A stretch of DNA of 64,000 nucleotides, taken from the NCBI GenBank assembly GCA_964016885.1, contig OZ024750.1:33232001-33296000 (forward strand), written 5' to 3'. The notes below the pieces were generated by a model. It was not told the DNA's origin. It made no database searches and was given only the letters and a program-made list of their open reading frames with translations. This DNA is from Eledone cirrhosa (lineage: Eukaryota). This document shows, piece after piece, positions 57,168-64,000 of this stretch. Position 1 is the first letter of the stretch. Each line of letters starts with the position of its first letter. Both the position numbers and the translations under genes were made by a program.

Positions 57168-58244
57168 CACATACACACACACATATATATGCTTGCTTTT
57201 CTGTAATGTAATACAGTCAAAAGGGCCCATATATATATGAGGTCAACTTTGACTTTCATCTATTTGAGGTCGATAAAAATACTACCAGTCTAGTACTGAG
57301 GTAGTTTCTCCTTCTATATCTCTTTCGCACTTCCGTTGTCTCATTCTGTCTATCCTTCTCTGGAAGAAATTTGCTGTATTCAGTCCTGGAGAGGAGATGG
57401 GCTCCAAATGGTTTTTAAATGCCCTAGAAACACCGTATGTCAATGCCTTACCCCTATGCCTCCATCAGGAATTACAGGACCATATATTTATATATATATA
57501 TATATAAATATATATATACATAGAGCACTCTCTTTTCCTTTACCTTTCCTACGGAAATACTTCATTTATATATATATATAGCAGTAATAAACGAAGCTAA
57601 ATTTTAATCACTTTACTTTTTATTTAACTTTATTTTACACTACTCCGGAGTAACCAAACCAACCTACCCACTTCGTCGAGTGCTCCAGCCTGCATACTGA
57701 GGTGTTGGTATACAACATACATAAACTCAAAATCTATATATATATATATAATTAATACAATAACAGAGATAGTTTAAAGCTAAACTCTGACTGGTAACCA
57801 TCTCACTCAACAAACATTAGGTTATATTAAAATATAAACCCAATTTAAGTGTTTGGGGTGCTAACAAAATGTATAATGTGGAAAAACCAGTTGTATTATT
57901 TTATGAGATATAATTAAAGTTAAAGTATATCTCTCTTTCCAAACAATTGTTTCATTATAAGTTTTCTACAAGTTTGGGAGAATGTTTCCAGTTTATGTAG
58001 AATCCTAATATATATTCATGTAAGAATATATTTAGGTGGGCACTTATAAATCGTCAGTGGAAGCCCATTAAACATTGATATAAGAAAACAATTTCTTACC
58101 GCTGTCAAAAATCATGTCCGTAAAGTAGCTCTCTACTCACCTCGAATGACCGCCAAATTTGAAATTCCAGCAGGTTTTGACTGAGGAAGTATCATAGCGA
58201 CACGAAGCGGGAAGGGGAGACAACCCACGAAATGAGGAAAAAAA

Positions 58245-58765
58245 TAATAATATACACGCGGGTTAATTAGTTTTTTTGAAAACATTATCAATCCGACGTG
58301 TTTAAGAACTCAATTGAAAATAAAAAAATAAATATATGCTTGTATAAATTACACACGCATATAGATATTTTCTTAGGCTAAATCAGAAGTTGTACCCGAA
58401 TAAGAACCGCTTCTCATAACAGCAGTAAATGCAGAAAGTTATGCTATAAAGGGCAAATGGGAATATAATTCTCCGGCCGAAATATTAAGAGTAAAATATA
58501 AAACACACGCGGGTTAATTAGTTATTACAAAACCAATATTAGTTCCTCATGTAAAGAACTCAATTAATAAAAGAAAATAAATATACATATGCATGTAATT
58601 ATATACGTAGGCATATATATATATATTTTCCTAGGCTAAAAAGCAGAGAAGTTACAACCAAAAAAAGCCACAATATTTCACAACAGTAATAAATACGTAA
58701 AGTCAAATTCAAAAGGTACCTGGAAATAAACACCTCTGGTCAATCAAGAGTAAATATTTAATACA
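58245..58765. repeat. Degenerate tandem duplication, ~250 bp period
   Basis: ACACGCGGGTTAATTAGTT, AAGAACTCAATT and ATATTTTC(T/C)TAGGCTAAAA each recur ~250 bp apart. Confidence 0.7.
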
Positions 58766-58770
58766 ATAAC

Positions 58771-58938
58771 AAATACAAAATTTTCAACGAAATTCATTGG
58801 ATACAGAGTCAAAAATAGAAATATTAAAACAATGAAATTAAACATAAAACGGTTAATTCATAGTAAAACTTATTATTTCACTTTGAATTAACCGTTTTGT
58901 GTTTAATTTAATTGTTTTAATATTTCTATCTATCTATC

Positions 58939-59024
<86 letters not shown>

Positions 59025-59192
59025 GATAGATAGATAGAAATATTAAAGCAATTAAATTAAACACAAAACGGTTAATTCAAAGTGAAATAATAAGTTTTAC
59101 TATGAATTAACCGTTTTATGTTTAATTTCATTGTTTTAATATTTCTATTTTTGACTCTGTATCCAATGAATTTCTTTGAAAATTTTGTATTT
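58771..59192. repeat. Nested palindrome centred on (TA)n; each half is itself a hairpin
   Basis: 58771-58930 is the reverse complement of 59030-59192; inner arms ATAGAAATATTAAAACAAT...AAAACGGTTAATTCA. Confidence 0.85.
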
Positions 59193-59278
59193 TAAACTTC
59201 GCTTCACGACATCTTCTACATGCGGATTACATTGAGTTCTTCATACGGTTTAGACCCTACCATTAATTGGTAGATTTA

Positions 59279-59319
<41 letters not shown>

Positions 59320-59322
<3 letters not shown>

Positions 59323-59510
59323 AGGAAATGTGGTGAGGAACCAGGTGGACCATAACGCACTAAAGTACTCAATACTTAGGGTAGTAGAGTGGGTAACAGC
59401 AACGAGTAGGACCCCGAAGGCTGATCTCAAGCCGTTTCGATGGCTAATTCTGGACTGAATTAGCCGTCGAAACGGCTTGAGCTCAGCCGTCGGGGTCCTA
59501 CTCGTTCCTA
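59320..59510 (-). mobile_element. Short fold-back derivative of the PLE at 5301-10375
   Basis: Matches 8773-8910, folds back at CTGGACTGAATTAGCC, ends GTTCC(TA)n. Confidence 0.9.
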
Positions 59511-59974
59511 TATATATATGGAGGTGAGAGAAAGAAGTTCGCTATACACCTACACAGTGAAAAGCTCGTTCTCAGTAAGCGCTGCATTGAGAACGTGTTT
59601 TCATCCGAATACAGATAATATATGTACCAGACTCTGTACAAAACCGAGTGGGAAGGTCAATCTAACTTGAAACCCTTCTTGAAAAGTTGTGCCCCGTTAT
59701 AACCGCAGTCAAATTACTGAATGCGTTATAACGAAAATATAACATATATCTATAAATTGAAGAGGAAACTGCAGATAGTGAAGATACAGTAGAAAGTGTA
59801 TTGGTTAGACTCTAACCGTTAGAGGAATATTTATTATTTAAGTGTTTGTGAAATTTATTGAAAATTTTGTTCAGTTATATGAATTGAACATAAATTGATT
59901 ATACTAGTCAGCCGAATATATAGGTACGTATTCAAACTATGTTATAATACGTTTCTTCCGCCTTATTTTCAATT

Positions 59975-60935
59975 AATGATTGTTTCATCTTTTGGCACAA
60001 GGCCAGCAAATATTCCAGTGCATTACTGGTACTTTAATATATCGACCCGACCTCGTAAGGATGAACGGCGATGATAACCTCGGTGGGATATGAACTGAGA
60101 CGGTAACCTCGGTGGGATATGAACTGAGACGGTAAAGAGCCGTAACTCTATGCCGCAAAGCATGATGTCTGACGCCCTACCGATACTGCCAATCCATCGT
60201 TTTCGATTAATAATTGTTTCTACTTTAGGCATAAGGCCAGCAATTACTCAGTGCATTACTGGTACTTTATTTTATCGACCCCGTAAGGATGAAAGGCAAA
60301 GTTAACCTCGGCGGGATTTGAACTCAGACCATAAAGGGCCGTAACTCTTTGCTGCAAATCATGGCGTTCGGCCCACTACCTATACTGCCAATCCACTGCC
60401 CTTTCAATTAATAATTGTCTCTACTTTAGGCATAAGGCCAGCAATTACCCAGTGCATTACTGGTACTTTATTTTATCGACCCCGTAAGGATGAAAGGCAA
60501 AGTTAACCTCGGCGGGATTTGAACTCAGACCATAAAGGGCCGTAACTCTTTGCTGCAAATCATGGCGTGCGGCCCTCTACCTATACTGCCAATCCACTGC
60601 CCTTTCAATTAATAATTGTTTCTACTTTAGGCATAAGGCCAGCAATTACCCAGTGCATTACTGGTACTTTATTTTATCGACCCCGTAGGGATGAAAGGCA
60701 AAGTTAACCTCGGCGGGATTTGAACTCAGAATGGCAAGGGCCGTAACTCTTTGCTGCAAATCATGGCGTTCGGCCCACTACCTATACTGCCAATCCACTG
60801 CCCTTTCAATTAATAATTGTTTCTACTTTAGGCATAAGGCCAGCAATTACCCAGTGCATTACTGGTACTTTATGTTATCGACTCCGTAAGGATGAAAGGC
60901 AAAGTTAACTTCGGCGGGATTTGAACTCAGTCCGT
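59975..60935 (-). repeat. Tandem array of the tRNA-derived SINE (201 bp period, ~4.6 units)
   Basis: TAATTGT unit starts at 60211, 60412, 60613, 60814; shared junction CCACTGCCCTTTCAATT; diverged first unit 59975-60198. Confidence 0.92.
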
Positions 60936-61052
60936 AATAATGAAAGACAGCAGTCTTAGATCAAATCAAATCTAAAAAAAAACGAGGCTACTATAACGTA
61001 CGTAAATTGTGCACACGTATTACACACAGACACGTGTACACAATCATATATA

Positions 61053-61253
61053 TAAGAGGATCAGCTTAAAAAGTCATAGGCTTACAAGTTACTCTCCTGG
61101 AATGACCAAATGTGGTTTATTTTTCAACATAGTCCCTGAAAGAAAATAATCCAGTTATTAATAAGAAGGATTGAAATTAATGTATTCAAGATTTCACAGT
61201 TTAAGTATCAATCCTTCGCAGTCAGCCTATGAACTTTTCAGTCGACTCTCGTA
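61053..61253. mobile_element. Mariner/Tc1-type MITE remnant; related copy at ~45295-45466
   Basis: Imperfect TIRs TAAGAGGATCAGCTTAAAAAGTCATAGGCTTAC / GTCAGCCTATGAACTTTTCAGTCGACTCTCGTA with TA ends; shared internal AATGACCAAATG(T/A)GGTTTATTTTT. Confidence 0.6.
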
Positions 61254-61429
61254 CATAGATACATGAATGCCTAGTCATATATACATGCATACATTCATAC
61301 AAACATGCACACATACATATATACATACATGCATACATATATATACATACATACAAATACGTATATGTACGCGTACATACACGAATACATACATTAATAC
61401 ATAGTTATATTCATGCATACGTACATGAT

Positions 61430-62950
61430 GATGGCTGCCCCCTCGTTATCAAGTATGGCCATTGCACGATATACCATTATTAATAATTATTAATTAATTT
61501 TATCGTGCAATGCCTGTGCAATGCCTGTGCACTGAGCCAATCACACTCTCTGAGCGACAGTAGCTTTAACCCGAAAAGGGAAAACATCAACATCATCAGC
61601 AACTACTGAGCCACAGCTTTTATATCGGAGTTATCCCAGTTTCCTGAGTTGCCTTCTCCTAGAAGAATGCCCTGACAAAGGTCCTTCACTCCCAGTGGTT
61701 TAACCGCGTGATCGAGTGTCCAGCCCGACCTTTTCTATGTCCCCGTGCATATACATACACATGCGCCCATGCATATACACATATACATATACATACATAT
61801 GTATTTACACTTTGGGATGGCCGTTGACTCTTATGAGTTCTTCCGACCTTTGTCAGGTTTTATTTTTTTGTCCTGCAGGGTGTCCAAATGTACATACATA
61901 CTTACGTACATACGCACATTCATACATACATACATATATACATACATATACCTGTGATTATTGGGGAACTGGGGTATGTTAGTAACTGCCTCAATACAAA
62001 TCTTGAGAAGCTAGGCTTCACAGGAACAGAAAGAACACAGCTAGTTAGGAAATTACAAGTACAATCCATTAATGGAACAGTAAGAATATGTAAAACATTC
62101 CAAAAATTGTGCATCTAATAACGGCATATACACATGTACAGATATAAAGCATATACACATGCACACATACAACTCAAAACATACACATCGACGCATACAA
62201 TAACATCCATGCATGCATACATAATCTAATTTTTAAGTTAGAAACCGACCCTCTCTGTATTGGGAAGAAATTTGTGAGATTATAAAACCAGAAGAACATA
62301 CATACACACATACATACATACATACATACATACATACATACATACATACATACATACATACATACATACATGGTGGCTGCCAACTCGTTTTCGAGTACGG
62401 CCACTACTTTATATCCATGTAGGAGAACCCCTACCGATGCGCTGAACGAGTGTGACTTTTTAGTCCAGCCAGCGACTTTAAAACTCTGGTACAAACACTA
62501 CACTTGTGACAATTACTGACACATAGTGCTGGGCCCATGGTACCATGTGATGACAAGTGCAGAGAGATCTCCAGATATAACGCAATCCCTGTGCCGTGAA
62601 GCTTTTATAGTGAGCAAAGGCACTGCACAAAGCCAATCCCACTCTCTTAACCAAGATGATATTTACCAAAAAGAAGAACAAGTCAACATCATTGGATACC
62701 ATCAGGGTTGCAGGTGTTATATCAGAGTTTTCCTTCTCCTAGAATTCTGCCTTGACAAAGGCTAAGGGGTCATCTCTCCCGGTGATTTTGGATGGCCATT
62801 GACTCTTAAGAGCTCCTTTGCCCTTTGACAGGTTTTGTTTTTAGTCCTGCAGGATGTCCAAAGTCACCCTCCTCACCAAGAAACCTTGGTAGGGTTGCCA
62901 GTTCAGTTTAGTCGCCAACGACCCGACCATGGGACAGGTTGTACTGGGAT
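61430..62950. repeat. Two related degenerate repeats (61430-61890 and 62370-62950) among (CATA)n tracts
   Basis: Shared GGCTGCC...CTCGTT...AGTA(T/C)GGCCA, CCTTCTCCTAGAA...TGACAAAGG and GGATGGCC(G/A)TTGACTCTTA...GTCCTGCAGG; probably LINE UTR-derived. Confidence 0.55.
61951..62297 (+). mobile_element. 3' end of a second RLE-type LINE, flanked by (CATA)n
   Basis: PVIIGELGYVSNCLNTNLEKLGF...LQVQSINGTVRICKTF resembles the PVVIGALG...GT C-terminus of RLE elements (compare 1096-1308). Confidence 0.65.
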
Positions 62951-63001
62951 ACATACATACATACATACATACATACATACATACATACATACATACATAC
63001 A

Positions 63002-63032
<31 letters not shown>

Positions 63033-63595
63033 TTTACATTGAGTGAGCCGTTCACACATAATGTATATTGATATTAATCTATTTCAATCCCATCGAAAAC
63101 ATTTTCACATAGAAACAAACACTCACACACAATTTTGCTGGAACACACATATATAGCAAATCATATTATATGTATGTGACTGTGTGTTATTTATGGTGGA
63201 ACGATTCTCTAGCCATAACAAGTCTTACTGTTTTTACATCAATAAATTCTACATGCCCACCAGCGTTTTTAGACCTACTCGATTACGTCTTGTAAATTTG
63301 TTTCCAGCTTAATACTATTAACAATTATAGTTTTATCATGCCAAATATGGTGTTTGACGAATGTAGAGGAGGTCTGTTCCGGCAGGCATTATGCTGGAAA
63401 GTTCACGACTTACCACTGTTTAAAACAGCTGCGCATATATTTATTAATTTTCCTGGAATCTGATTAGACACATATTTGTTATATTTGACGAGAGGCACTC
63501 TGTAACAATACCCAAAATTTACAAATGAGAGAATTAGCGTAATTTACAAAAATTATATATATATCTTTGTGCGTGTATCTACGTCTGTATATGTA

Positions 63596-63798
<203 letters not shown>

Positions 63799-63875
63799 CT
63801 GTGTGTGTGTGTGTATATGTATATATATATATATTTATTATTATTATTATGTAATAAACAACATAAGGCAATTAT

Positions 63876-63933
63876 TCCATTTACCAGTGGTTTCTTAAAA
63901 GCAAAAGGTTTTGCTTTCAATCCTCAGAATGAA
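63876..63933 (-). ncRNA. Type I hammerhead ribozyme (family F), second copy
   Basis: Reverse complement of 41687-41743 with a loop II change only; next to (TA)n. Confidence 0.83.
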
Positions 63934-64000
63934 AAAATCCTGGTTTGTTTATTGAATTTGGATTTTAAAAACAAAAATACAATCTATATGAAAGTGAGGC

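Overview
AT-rich eukaryotic (animal) genomic DNA saturated with (TA)n, (CA)n, (GA)n, (CATA)n, (GATA)n, (AAT)n and (GAA)n microsatellites. The repeat content suggests a cephalopod such as Octopus (inference). I cannot support any host protein-coding gene; most short ORFs are microsatellite artefacts. The window is dominated by retroelements. (1) An intact Penelope-like element (PLE) at 5301-10375, with an RT + C-terminal GIY-YIG ORF, tandem and inverted pseudo-LTRs, and three copies of a variant hammerhead ribozyme (U3-A8 core). (2) A near-intact 6-kb L1/Tx1-type LINE in an (AAT)n tract, and a sister-family fragment in (GATA)n. (3) Decayed RLE-type and RTE-type LINE fragments, about 20 copies of a tRNA-derived SINE, and hAT/mariner MITEs. 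The most striking feature is a swarm of short non-coding fold-back elements in (TA)n tracts. They belong to several unrelated sequence families but share one design (arm + inverted arm + one-sided tail), and many carry minimal type I hammerhead ribozymes with palindromic stem III loops. They look like a PLE-driven ribozyme/hairpin element system. All structures were read by eye; coordinates may be off by a few bases.
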